From: Eledone cirrhosa
Taxonomy: Eukaryota
Direction: 5' to 3'
Length of the DNA stretch: 64,000 nt
Assembly (NCBI GenBank): GCA_964016885.1
Contig: OZ024745.1
Location: 86,924,001 to 86,988,000 of the forward strand
In this document: piece after piece, positions 10,396 through 22,600 of the stretch
Numbering within the stretch: position 1 is the first letter of the stretch
Layout: every line of letters starts with the position of its first letter
Translations under genes and position numbers: made by a program
The notes under the pieces: model-generated
What the model was told of the DNA's origin: nothing
Databases searched by the model: none
What the model saw: the letters and a program-made list of their open reading frames with translations, nothing else

Positions 10396-11232
10396 TGGAA
10401 AAAATGAAATTTCATTTCTCACTCTTAGTACGGCTGATACTTAAATGTGAGTATGTATACGTACATACATATATGTATACAGACGTACAGTAGTATGTAT
10501 ATGCATACATACATGCACATATATATATATATATATATGTACGTATGGGTTTACCGAACATTTATTATGATGCTCGGTTTGTTTGTAAACAAATAGCCCG
10601 AATTATTAGCCGTACAGTGTTCGGCAACCATCGTGGCCATTTTGTTCAACACTCACAAAGGAACGATGAACTAGTTTCTAGCTTTTTTTCTGTCATCAGC
10701 ACCGTATACCTTCCTGTCACTTGATTGATCGTTTGAAAGTATATACCTTCCTTATGCATATTAACGGCTGAGCAGCCTAATTTGCATATCGAGTGAGTTA
10801 GTCGGCCGGGCGTACCGAAAACGATAAATGGAAAAAATGAAATTTCATTTCTCATTCTTAGTACGGCTGATACTTAAATGTAAGTATGTATACGTACATA
10901 CATATATGTATACAGACGTACAGTAGTATGTATATACATATATACATGTACACATATATATATATGTACGTATGTGTTTACCGAACATTTATTATAATGC
11001 TCGGTTTGTTTGTAAACAAACAGCCCGAATTATTAGCCGTACAGTGTTCGGCAACCATCGTTGCCATTTTGTTCAACATGGACAAAGGAACTATGAACTA
11101 GTTTCTAGCTTATTAGCTATTGTACGTCTGTATACATATATGTATGTACAGTTAAGTATCAGCCGTACTAAGAGTGAGAAATGAAATTTCATTTTTTCTA
11201 TTTATCGTTTTCGGTACGCCCGGTCGACTAAC
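10396..11232 (-). mobile_element. Non-coding PLE-like / retrozyme-like element: 433-bp partial tandem plus an inverted end
   Basis: 10396-10684 is repeated at 10829-11111; 11121-11232 is the reverse complement of ~10797-10923; contains a hammerhead; (TA)n on the left. Confidence 0.75.
10663..10705 (-). ncRNA. Type I minimal hammerhead ribozyme
   Basis: acggug-CUGAUGA-cag..cua-GAAA-cuag-UU-caucgu: 6-bp stem I, palindromic stem III, short stem II. Confidence 0.75.
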
Positions 11233-11703
11233 AATACAACAGGAGGAACATAATAGCACCATTGATGATTTAGCAGATGTGCAACGAAAGAACCTTGTTA
11301 GACTATATATATATGTTTATATCTGTATTTTTGACCGTTGGTCAGTCAATGATAACCACTGAGGACCAAATGAATTAACTGTGGAGATATAAAAGATACA
11401 GAAGCGAAAACCAACTAAACAGTGAGTGTGTTCTGTTATCTTTTCTGGCAATATTATTACAACAATATTACCCTCCCCAAGTATAACAATATTTGTTTCG
11501 ATACACGATTTCATATCAAAAACCTCGCAAAACAAATTCATCGCCGTCATATTCATATATATATTTATATATATATATATATATATCTCCCTCTCTTTCT
11601 CTCTCTTCTTTCTCTCTCTCTCTCTCCATCTCTTTCTCTCTCTCTGCTTTCTCTCTCTCTACTCTCTCTATTTATCTACTTATATATATATATTATAAAA
11701 ATT

Positions 11704-12155
11704 GACTTTCCGTATTTATTACTGTTATGGGATATTGTGGTTTTTTTGTTGTAACTTCTCTGTTTTTTAGCCTCAGAAAAAATATATATGCCTATGTATA
11801 TAATTACATGCATACATTTATTTTTTAAAATTAATTGAGTTCTTTACACGAGGAATTGATATTAGTTTTGTAATAACTAATTAACCCGAGTGTGTTTTAT
11901 ATTTTACTCTTAATTCGGCCGGAGATTTACATTCCCATTTGCCCTTTAAAGCATAACTTTCCGTATTTACTACGGTTTTGAGATGCGGTTTCTTATTCGG
12001 GTACAACTTCTGATTTTAGCCTAAGAAAATATCTATATGCGTGTGTAATTTATACACGCATATATTTATTTTTTTATTTTCAATTGAGTTCTTAACACGT
12101 TGGATTGATAATGTTTTCGAAAAAATTAATTAACCCGCGTGTATATTATTTTTTT
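11704..12155. repeat. Diverged tandem duplication, period ~250 bp
   Basis: ACTTTCCGTATTTA...TTTTAGCCT...AATTGAGTTCTT...AATTAACCCG is present twice. Confidence 0.7.
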
Positions 12156-12647
12156 TTCCTCCTTTCGTGGATCGTAGTTGTCTCCCCTTCCCGCTTGGTG
12201 ACGCTATAATACTTCCTCAGTCAAAAACTGCTGGAATTTCAAATTTGGCGGTCATTCGATGCGAGAGGGAGCAACTTAACTGACACGATTTTTAACTGCG
12301 GTAAGAATTTTTTTCTTATATCAAAGTTTAATGGGCTTCCACTGATGATTTATAAGCACCTACCTAAATATATTCTTACATGAATGTATATTAGGCTTCT
12401 ACATAAACTGGAAATATTCTCCCAATTTGTAGAAAACTTATAATGAAACAATTGTTTGGAAAGAGAGATGTATTTTAACTTTAATTATATCTCATAAAAT
12501 AATACAACTGGCTTTTCCACATAATACATATTGTTAGCACCCCAAACACTTAAATTGGGTTTATATTAAAATATAACCTAATGTTTGTTGAGTGAGAAGG
12601 TTACCAGTCAGAGTTTAGCTTTAAACTATCTCTGTTATTATATTAAA

Positions 12648-12707
<60 letters not shown>

Positions 12708-12830
12708 TAGATAAATAGAGAGAGTAGAGAGAGAGAAAGAAGACAGAGAGAAAGAGAGAGAGAGAGAGAGAGGCAGAGATACATTATTATATCAATATAT
12801 GTATAAAACTAAATATATTCATGAGTTTCA

Positions 12831-12888
<58 letters not shown>

Positions 12889-13765
12889 CAGTTCAAGAGT
12901 AACCAATCTTAAAGAGAGAGATGGAGATAGGAGAGGAAATATGAGAGGAGAGATTGGTGAATTAGGTAGAAGCCAGTTAGTAAATTCCAACTAAATCGGT
13001 GATTTGCGCGGAGTCACTTGAGCCCATCGTAATGTCAAAGTTATCTGTTCTATCTTTTCTAGTCCAGAGTGCTCCGTTGAATTCAATGCCATAAGTATGA
13101 TGTTAATCTCATTATTGGTTATGTCCGAGCTGGTGCTGGCTAGGGTTAATGCTTTGTTGAGCAGTTCCGGGGTTATTGACGCGTAATAGGTGTCGATGTC
13201 AAATTGGATGAACCTCATAGATTGCTTGGACCTTAGATCGGAGAACCATCTAATGACTTGGCCGGTGTTGGACCACAACTTGTAGGTGATATCATCCCGT
13301 AGCCCAGGGATTATCCTATCAAGGATGTTCTTACTGATGCGGCCCAGGTCAGATGTGGTTGGGCTTATAAGTCTAATAGATGGGTTCTGTATTACTTGGA
13401 AGTCGATTACTTATAAGTCTAATAGATGGGTTCTCTTTTACTTGTAGCTAATAAGTTAAATAGCTATGAACAACTTAGATAATTATAAGTTACCTCCCCT
13501 ACATTGTCTCTCAATTAAAAAATTTAAAAAATAGCACAACTATAAATACCCACAATTTCTAATCTCTCAAGGAGTTACTTCCACTGAAATCACCCTCTAA
13601 TTAGTAAGGTAAATATGTCCTTTGGCAGCCATTTTGTTACCCATACGCAGATCTCACCAAATGCAGCCTCGACAGATGAATACTGCTTGATTATGGCTGA
13701 CAACTGATGCAACCAAGACACCATAGTGAAAAACCAATATACGGAACATTATATTATGTAACAGA

Positions 13766-13950
13766 CGTGGATTGGCAGTATCGGTGGAGGGTCGGACGCA
13801 ATGCTTTCCAGCATAGTTACGTCCCTTTACGATCTGAGTTCAAATCCCGCCGAGGTTGACTTTGCCTTTCATCCTTACGGGGTCGATAAAATAAAGTACC
13901 AGTAATGCACTGGGTCATTGCTGGCCTTGTGTCTAAAGTAGAAACAATTA
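13766..13950 (+). mobile_element. tRNA-derived SINE (a partial copy also at 14130-14225)
   Basis: A/B boxes and the same core as the other copies; absent from the homologous 53.4-kb region. Confidence 0.9.
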
Positions 13951-13995
13951 TACTATGTAACATTATCTCATTATTTAAATTTATATTCCTTTGAA

Positions 13996-14115
13996 GTTCC
14001 GATGAGCAGCTCTGTCTTTTAAATATGTTAATTATTTTCAACTGAACCAGATCAATTATGATATATAGTCATCTGATCCAGAAATATTATATGGAGTAGC
14101 GAAACAATTGTAAAC
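13996..14115 (+). ncRNA. Hammerhead-like motif with CCGAUGA core and long loop II
   Basis: guu-CCGAUGA-gcagcu...aguagc-GAAA-caauug-UA-aac; homolog of 53434-53551. Confidence 0.6.
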
Positions 14116-14339
14116 GAACAGTATTATTATTTGCCTTTCATCCTTACGGGGTCGATAAAATAAAGTACCAGTAATGTACTGGGTTATTGCTGGCCTTGTG
14201 CCTAAAATAGAAACAATTATTATTAATATTATTATTATTATTATTATTCTCTACATTCCTTACATCAAACTAAAATATGTTGACAATCTTTTAATAATGT
14301 CTTCCTTGTGAAATGTTTGGTCTTGTTTTGCTTAACTAA

Positions 14340-14426
<87 letters not shown>

Positions 14427-14466
14427 GATATTAAACAAATGGAAACTACATTTATAAAACCATATT

Positions 14467-14532
14467 TATTTCATTATATATATTTCAGGGATATCATATT
14501 AAAAATATGGTATGCCCTCTTCAGACAAAATA
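14467..14532 (-). ncRNA. Type I hammerhead ribozyme (inverted copy)
   Basis: Reverse complement of 15833-15898. Confidence 0.72.
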
Positions 14533-15832
14533 CAATATATAAACAGTTTTATAAATAAATTTGACATACCTTAAACTTTACAACTTCCATTTAAAAAGTT
14601 GTTTTGGTAGTGAAAATGTTAAGGACAGTTAGAAAGAAAGACGAAGAGAAAAAAGAAAGAAAGTGTATAGTGCTAAGGACAGTTAGAGAGGAATAAATTG
14701 GAAGGGTTGATTTCTGTGGTTGATATGCGGGGCACACTGTGTTTTCTTACGGCCCTAGATACTCTGGGGAGTGAAATATTCTTGGCGTTTTTAATATATT
14801 GATATCTGTTGTCTATTCTATGCTTGAACGATAATCATGTAAGAGAGGGCAAGAATATTATTATTAATAATGTATATTTTATGTATATATATATGTATGT
14901 ACATATATGTATGGTAGAATCTTTTGTAACGCAATGAAGATTTTCATGTGAAATAAAAATTTACAGAGCTGATCACGTAAACTCACATGTGTGTCTATAA
15001 TGTCAACTTGAATTTGAGATAACCTTCTCTTTTTCTTTCTCTTTTTTCTTTTTCTTTTTTCATGAAAATACATATATACTTATGTATTTCAGTATTTTTT
15101 TGAAGTTTTATCTCATATTTTGATTATAAACCTAAGAATTTTTAAACTAAACATATAGTCATTATTTTTTCACACATTATTGATGTGTCTCATTCATGAA
15201 TATTGATATTTACATTATAATACCTAATTCATATGAATTGATAAACTGATGAAACATAATATTTTAAATCTATCATCTTTCTTTCTGAATATATCTCTTC
15301 TCCTCCTCCCTCTACACTTGACGGGACTTATGTATCGGCTGATTTAACTCTACCTCCTGTATCTCACCCCTCCCCTATCTCTCCCACCTCGTATAATAGA
15401 TATTACTCGATCTACCTCTTTTCTCCCACCACCTATATCTCTCTCTACCTCTCTTTATTTATTTTTATTTTATTTTTATTTCTCTCCGTATCCTTAATAC
15501 TATAACTAAATAAATAAATAAATAATTACAGTACCCCTTCCCCCCTAAATCTCTCATTTGTACGTTATTCATTTTTCACCTCCTCAATATTTTTCTCTCC
15601 CATATCTCTCTCTCTCTCTCTATCTCGCTCTGTTGTATTTTCTTTACATACATTTCTTCATTTTCTTCGTCTTCCTCTCTAACTGTCCTTAGCACTATAC
15701 ACTTTCTTTATTTTTTCTCTTCGTCTTTCTTTCTAACTGTCCTTAACATTTTCACTACCAAAACAACTTTTTAAATGGAAGTTGTAAAGTTTAAGGTATG
15801 TCAAATTTATTTATAAAACTGTTTATATATTG

Positions 15833-15898
15833 TATTTTGTCTGAAGAGGGCATACCATATTTTTAATATGATATCCCTGAAATATATATAATGAAATA
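15833..15898 (+). ncRNA. Type I hammerhead ribozyme
   Basis: uauuuugu-CUGAAGA-ggg..cauauu/aauaug..cccu-GAAA-uauaua-UA-augaaaua: 8-bp stem I with G-U pairs, palindromic stem III. Confidence 0.75.
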
Positions 15899-16025
15899 AA
15901 TATGGTTTTATAAATGTAGTTTCCATTTGTTTAATATCGTAAAATACTCCAAAACTTGTTGAGTGCTTTTATATCAGTTATAAAATATTTACTCGTTGTA
16001 ACCCAACAATTTTAAATAAAACTTT

Positions 16026-16063
<38 letters not shown>

Positions 16064-16587
16064 ATGGGAAAAGGCTAAAACAATGCAAAATGGACAATAA
16101 GAAGAGGGTAACGAAAAAGTTAGTGGACTGGTAATCTTTGTTTTTTCTTGTTTCTTTCGTTCTAATACTTTTGGATATAAAATTCCCTTCGAAAGAGAAT
16201 AGGAAACTCTCAGAGAAAAGTGTTCTGGTCTATTCGCTTTGAGATTAGATTTAATACATACACACACACATATGAAAGAAGTTCAAAATATATTTGGAGT
16301 CTATAAGGAGATTTATTTACAATAATTTATGACTTTACCGGTTTCACTGGTTTCACGAGGTTAAGAGAGTTGGAGAGATGTGTGGCTATGCCCACTTGTA
16401 ATTCATATTTAACTGATGCTGGGAATTTATGCAAAAGAAAAAAGAACTGCTTCCGATTGCTGCAATCTCCGGTTGTCGGACTCTCAAATGCTACGGGGTT
16501 GATATGATCGACTAAATCAAAGTCCCATTATGGCTGCTGTCTAAGGACTGAAACTAGCAATAAAATCTCTCTCTCTCTCTCTCTCTA

Positions 16588-16622
<35 letters not shown>

Positions 16623-17380
16623 TTATATATATATATAGCTGTCAAAACGGATCTAGCTGTCGAAACGGCCGGAGCTCAGCCATCGGGGTCCTGAACCTTT
16701 TCATATATACATAGAGTGATAGATAGGAAGGTATGTATGTAAAAATGTATGGATGAATGTCTGGATGGACAGACTGTTGTATGTATGTATGTCGGTAAAT
16801 ATGTATGCATCTATGTATGTATATTTGTATGCATGTATGTACGTACGTATGTATGCATGTACGAACGTTCGTATGTATTATGTATGTATGATATATATAT
16901 AGAGAGATATGTATATATTATGTGGGTATGTACATGTGTAGGTAGGTAAGTATGAATATGTCTAGAGTTTTTTTTACAACGTGTTAGTTATTTCGATGAT
17001 AAGCTAAGCGAAAGAACGTGGGATTAAATTATACTGATATCAGAGATAGTCATTATTAGTTTTATCCATCACTTAAATAGAAGTAGAATAAAAACTAGAT
17101 TCTATTGAAGACATAACACAATCATAACAAAATAAGAGGCGAAACATTGTTAAAGAGCAGGCTGTATAATTAGATATTGTATAATCAAATGAGAGTTAAC
17201 AAATATAAGAAAAACAAAAACAACAAAAAAAAAACTGAAAACACATCACAGTAAAGATTAAGCAGGAAATGGAAGTTTTTTTTTTATATTGGAAATCGGA
17301 AACTCTATAATTGATGAATTTAAAATTATAAATGATCTAATTATTCTTAAAATTGATATTATTTATTTTTTTGTACGTGT

Positions 17381-17381
<1 letters not shown>

Positions 17382-17439
<58 letters not shown>
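17382..17439. repeat. (ATT)n; further tracts at 19047-19068, 19627-19660, 24526-24615, 26211-26281, 32197-32226, 38074-38081 and 38719-38779
   Basis: Direct reading; each tract sits at a LINE boundary. Confidence 0.97.
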
Positions 17440-18931
17440 GTTCTTTGAGTCTCAGTCATTGATGTTATTTAACTGGAAAGTTTGTTGAAATGAATATCAA
17501 GCTGCTACCTGCAGCCTCAGATATTCAGGATGTATCGGAGGGTTCTTGCTGTTCCCAGCAAGCATGCCTTTTGAAGTGTTCCAAGAAGCGGGGTTGGACT
17601 AATCTTCTTTAACCATCCCTGAAAACTCTTTGAGATAGTACCTAGTGCGCCTATGACAATCGGGACCACTTTGACTTTATGGCAGTTCCAAATCCTTTTT
17701 ACCTCCCACTTTAAGTCCTGGTATCGGTTAATTTTCACCCTCTCCTTCCCTTGCACTCTCGTGTCGAATGGGCAGGCCACATCCACAATCAGGCACGATC
17801 TTTTTTCCTTGTCCAAAACCACGAGGTCAGGTCTATTGTGTTCCAGTTTCTTATCTGTCTGTATCCTAAAATCCCACAGCACCTTCACCTGATCGTTTTC
17901 TATCACCGACTTTGGCTTATGCTCATACCACTTCTCAGAATGTTGTAAATTGTTTAGTTTGCATAGGTGCCAGTGGATCACCCTGCCCATCACATCATGT
18001 CTCCAGCCTTTATAGTGTGTCTGGGCTAGGTGTTTACACTCGGATACAATGTGAGCCACAGTCTCCCCCCTCTCTCCACAGATCATTCACATTGGGCTAG
18101 CCTCCTCCTTATAAATATGGTGTTTCAGCCACTTCGTTTTGAGAGCCTGCTCTTGCGCAGCCATTAGCATTCCTTCTGTAGCCTTTTTAAGGTCTCCTCT
18201 TTTCAACCAGTTCCATGTCTGTGGATCTCTGAATTCCGTTTTCTCAAAGTAGGTACTATGAAGGGATTTTTAATGAAGGCTGCTCTTTCTCCTTGTTGTT
18301 ATTTCCTCCTTGGAGATCCCCTGGTCTATTGTCCTCTCCTTCAGTACAATTCTGAGCATTGGCTCCTTACTATCAGTCCGGTATTTGTGTAGGTTGTTTT
18401 TCTCCATCTGAACACAGTCCTCTATGCTGATAAGAACTCTTCCACCTTCAGATCTCTTTAAGTAGAGTCTATCGACATCAATCCTCTTGTGGAACATGTT
18501 GTAGATAGTCAATAGCTTCCTAGTCTTCCTATCCATTTCTTTTTGTTCAGCAACATTCCATCTCAGAATTCCCGCACTGTACCTATTAATAGACACAGCT
18601 CGGGAATTTACTGCACTTATGGCATTTCTACTGTTCAGATGTGACTTTAATACTCTCCTTACTCTCCGAATGTATTCAGATCTTATCAATTCCTTCATTT
18701 TTTTGTTCTTGTTGTCATCTGCCTCCAGAACACCCAAATACTTGTATCCTTCTTCAGTGTCAATTTCCTTTATCATCTCACCTGTTGGTACCTGGATTCC
18801 GTTGCTTCTGCTCAATTTACCGTTCTTCATCACAAGGACTCCACACTTACTAATACCAAATTGCATACATATATCATTGCTGAAAATACGGACAGTGTCA
18901 ACAAGCACATCCAACTCCTTCTGACTCTTCC
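17440..18931 (-). mobile_element. R4/Dong-type RLE LINE, family B, 5'-truncated
   Basis: YKYLGV, RLYLKRSEGGR, zinc finger C..CGERGETVAHIVSEC, RLE motif NRPDLVVLD...IVDVACP...KINRYQDL; 3' end abuts (TAA)n. Confidence 0.88.
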
Positions 18932-19072
18932 CGAGAGAGAGATAGAGATTGCTCATACACATACGCATATTCACACACACATACACACACACACCTATAT
19001 ATGGAGAGAGGAGAAGAAAGTGATAGCGAAGGAAATAATCTTTATCTTATTATTATTATTATTATTATAATC

Positions 19073-19625
19073 CGTGTAGGACGGATCCAGCTATCAGCTC
19101 AGTCCATCGTGAGGATTGCCCGCCCTCCTCCTTTAGCCGGGAAGGGCAGGCAGTTTTTATCTGTCTGGTGGCCATGGCGAAAGAGATAGTTTGGTGGACA
19201 CGTTTGAAAGGGCTGAAGACGAGCACTTACCTCTTCGGTGATGCCCTGATTAACTTTTTCAAATTTCATTTGAAAAGGAATATCAGAGTAGAGAGGTAAG
19301 TGCTCTCTTCCCAGCATTTTGTTGAAAGATGGGTGAGAGAAGCAAGAATGGCCCGTACTCTGAGTACGTATATGTAAATTAAAGGTGGAAAACTGGGAGA
19401 GGGCACTTGCCCTGGTGGTCAGGGTCACTGTGGCCTTTTAATGGGCTTTCTCCACAAATGTCCCTCCGAAGTCTCCCCCCTATTGGGGAATTTTTCATTG
19501 TTATTTTTTTTATTACATCCTCTGTTTTTTTTTACACGCAGAAATGCCCATTAGTACCGTCCTGTATTGTCCTGTACTGTCCTTAATGTCAACTTTATGT
19601 AAACCCTTGTGGTTAATAAAGAAAG

Positions 19626-19626
<1 letters not shown>
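19073..19626 (+). mobile_element. Tx1 3' fragment (same subfamily as 32227-38073)
   Basis: Near-identical to 37508-38073; (ATT)n on both sides. Confidence 0.92.
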
Positions 19627-19661
<35 letters not shown>

Positions 19662-19662
<1 letters not shown>

Positions 19663-22600
19663 TGCATTTATCTTGCTTTATGTTCATACGAGTTATCACC
19701 AAGTCAGAACCAGTGACCTCAAGAGACAACAAGGTCCGCCATGTTCAAGAAAGAACATACATACACACACATGCATCCTTAGTGTTTAGACTTGTGATGT
19801 ACTTATATTGACAGGATCTTCCTTAGTATATGGGCAGTTCCCATTAGTACTATCTTTTGTATTTCTCCTATACGCGGGTTTCCTGGGATTTGCGATAAGT
19901 AGTCGTTAGACCCCTTAGGTATCATTCCCAGAGCGCCTACAACCACTGGTATTGTTTTAGTTCTCAATTTCCATATTTTTCCAATTTCTATCTCCAGGTC
20001 CTTATACTTGCTCAATTTTTCAAATGTTTTTATAGATACATTCTTGTCTATTGGAACAGACATATCAATTAGCAGGCATACCCTCCTTTGAAAGTCCTTC
20101 AATATTATATCAGGTCTATTTGCATCTATTTTTCGGTCTGTTTGAGATGTGATCTTTTTCAAGTATGGGAGGTGGTTGATGCTCCCACCAATTCTTTTGA
20201 TGGGGCAGGTCAAAATGCTTACACATTATCCAATGTATGTATTGTGCAGCTGTGTCATGCCTGTTTAGGTATTCGGTTGGAGCTATAGGACTGCACATTG
20301 AAATTATATGGTCAATGGTCTCTGGTTGTTTTTTGCATACACGGCATAATGGGCTGCACCCATTTTTTATTATGTTGGCTTGGTAATTTTTTGTTGGCAG
20401 ACACTGATCTTGTGCCGATATAATCAGTCCTCCAGTCTCCGATTTCAGTCCAGAGGATGCCAACCACTGATGGGTTAAAGTTTTGTCAACATCAGGATTG
20501 TTAGCTCGCTCTGGGTATTTTCCATACAGAGGCTTTTCTTGCCATTTCTTAGCCAGTTTCTGTAGCAGTTCTTTCTTTGCAGTTACTTTTACCTGCTTTG
20601 CTTTTTCTGTGTTTTCCATTTCAGCAGTAAATGGGACTTCTGAAATTTGTATTCCATTACTGTATCTTTGTGCATCTTTTGTAATGGAATATGATATTTT
20701 GGTGCTTTCGTGTTTCAAAACGAGTTTGATCATCCAATCATGTGATTCCCTTAGATATGTGGATAGTCCAATTGTTGCAGTTTTCAACGCAATGTCTAAC
20801 TGGATTAACCCACGTCCTCCTTCTTTCCTAGGGAGATATATTCTATCTATGTCTGCCTTAGGGTGATGCATTCTGTGCATGGTTAATAATTTTCGGATTT
20901 TTGTATCGAGCCTACGGATCTCTGTGCTTGACCAGTTGATGACATTGTAACTGTAGGTTACTACTGGTATGGCAAGCGTGTTTATGCCATCGATCCTATT
21001 CCTTGCATTCAATTCCGTTCTTAAGATTGCTCTGACTCTGCGGTAACATTCCTTCCTTATCCTTTCCCTCATTGTCGAGTGCTTGATTCCGTCTCCTTCA
21101 CAAACACCTAGATATTTGTAAGTTTTTTTTTGATCAAGCTCTCTTTCCCCCGATCAAGATTAATGTCTGAACTCTTCAGCAGCTTTCCTCTGGTGAACGT
21201 TGCTTTGGTGCATTTATCCAGTCCAAACTCCATTTTAATGTCATCACTGAACTGCTTCACAGTGGATAATAGCCCTTGCAATTGTTCATCATTTTTTGCA
21301 AATAGTTTCAGGTCATCCATGTAGAACAGGTGATTAATGGTTTTGTCATAGACTCTATATCCATGTTTTGTTTCTTTGAGCATTTTACTTAATGGTATAA
21401 GTGCGATGCAGAATAAAAGCGGTGATAAAGAGTCACCCTGAAAAATTCCACAATTAATATTAACTTCTCCAGCTTCCAGTGAATTTGTTTCACTATTCAA
21501 AAGGAGTGTCGTTTTCCATGTCTTCATACTGAATGACAAAAACCTCCTGACAACGGGGGATATTTTGAAAATCTCTAAACATTTTCCAATCCAACTGTGT
21601 GGCAAACTATCGAATGCTTTTTTATAATCTATCCAAGCAATCGATAGATTTTTGTGTCTATTATGACAATCTTCCAGTATCATTTTGTTAACCAGAAGCT
21701 GATCCTTACAGCCATATGAGCCTCGTTTACACTCTTTCTGCTCAATGGGAAATAGGTCATTTGTTATCAGGTGGTCATATGTGTATTCAGTTAGGACTGA
21801 TGTTAAAATTTTATACATTGTGGTCAAGCAGGTTATCGGTCTGTAATTTTTGGGATTGTTTGTCTCATCATTCTTCGGTAGCAGGAATGTAATGCCGTTA
21901 ACTAGCCATGATGGTATCTTTTCTGGCTCCTTAACTATTTCATTGTAAAGTTGGGCTAACAGCTCATGAGACTCTGTGAAGGCATTTATCCAAAAGTTTT
22001 GTATTTTGTCTTTTCCTGGGGATTTCCATTTGCTGGTTTTTCTTAGAGCCAAGCGCAACTGTTCAACTGTTATATTTTCCCATGTTTGTTCTTCAAGGTG
22101 AGCTGTTTCTTTCATTTGTCTGTCTATCCATAGGGCATGTATGTTATGAACTTTTTCTTCGGCCCAGATCTTTTCCCAGAATTCTTGCACTTCCTCCTTG
22201 GGTGGTATTGATTTAGCAGTTATTGTTGACTTACCAATTTTTCTGTAGAAGTTTCTTTGGTTGTTTTTGAACATATTATTTTCCTTATAGAATCTAGATC
22301 GTTTTTCAAAGCGCCTTATACGAGCAGCTTTGGCCGACTCTTTTTGCTTGATTGTTTCTATCAGCATGTCTATGTCACATGTTGATCTTATACTGTACTT
22401 TTTTTTCAATTTTCTAAGTTTAGTTTGTTTAACATGTTCACCTACTTTATAGTTTGTTAAAATTTCTATGTCAGATCGGAGAAGGTTTATTTGGCGATTG
22501 ATGTTATCTTGCCAAGTAGATTTCTTGTGGGAATTCCTTTGTTTTTTCATCTTCACTCCACATAAGTGAGTGGTGACTTTAGCCGATGCATAATAGAGAT

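Larger units (their letters stand above)
12888..14342. mobile_element. Rearranged remnant of Naiad-like PLE family A (RT N-terminal part on -, 3' UTR/pLTR on +)
   Basis: 12991-13390 encodes WSNTGQVIRWF...FIQFDIDTYYASI, matching 54480-54660; 13435-14342 matches 53065-53680; (TA)n on both sides. Confidence 0.82.
14424..16028 (+). mobile_element. PLE-derived element with ~268-bp inverted pLTR-like repeats
   Basis: 14424-14691 is a near-perfect reverse complement of 15673-15941; each arm has a hammerhead; bounded by (TA)n. Confidence 0.78.

Noticed and set aside
16335-16700. Half hammerheads (GAAACCGGTA on - at ~16345; GAAACGGCCG on + at ~16663)
   Set aside because: No matching CUGANGA or stem I found; at best remnants.
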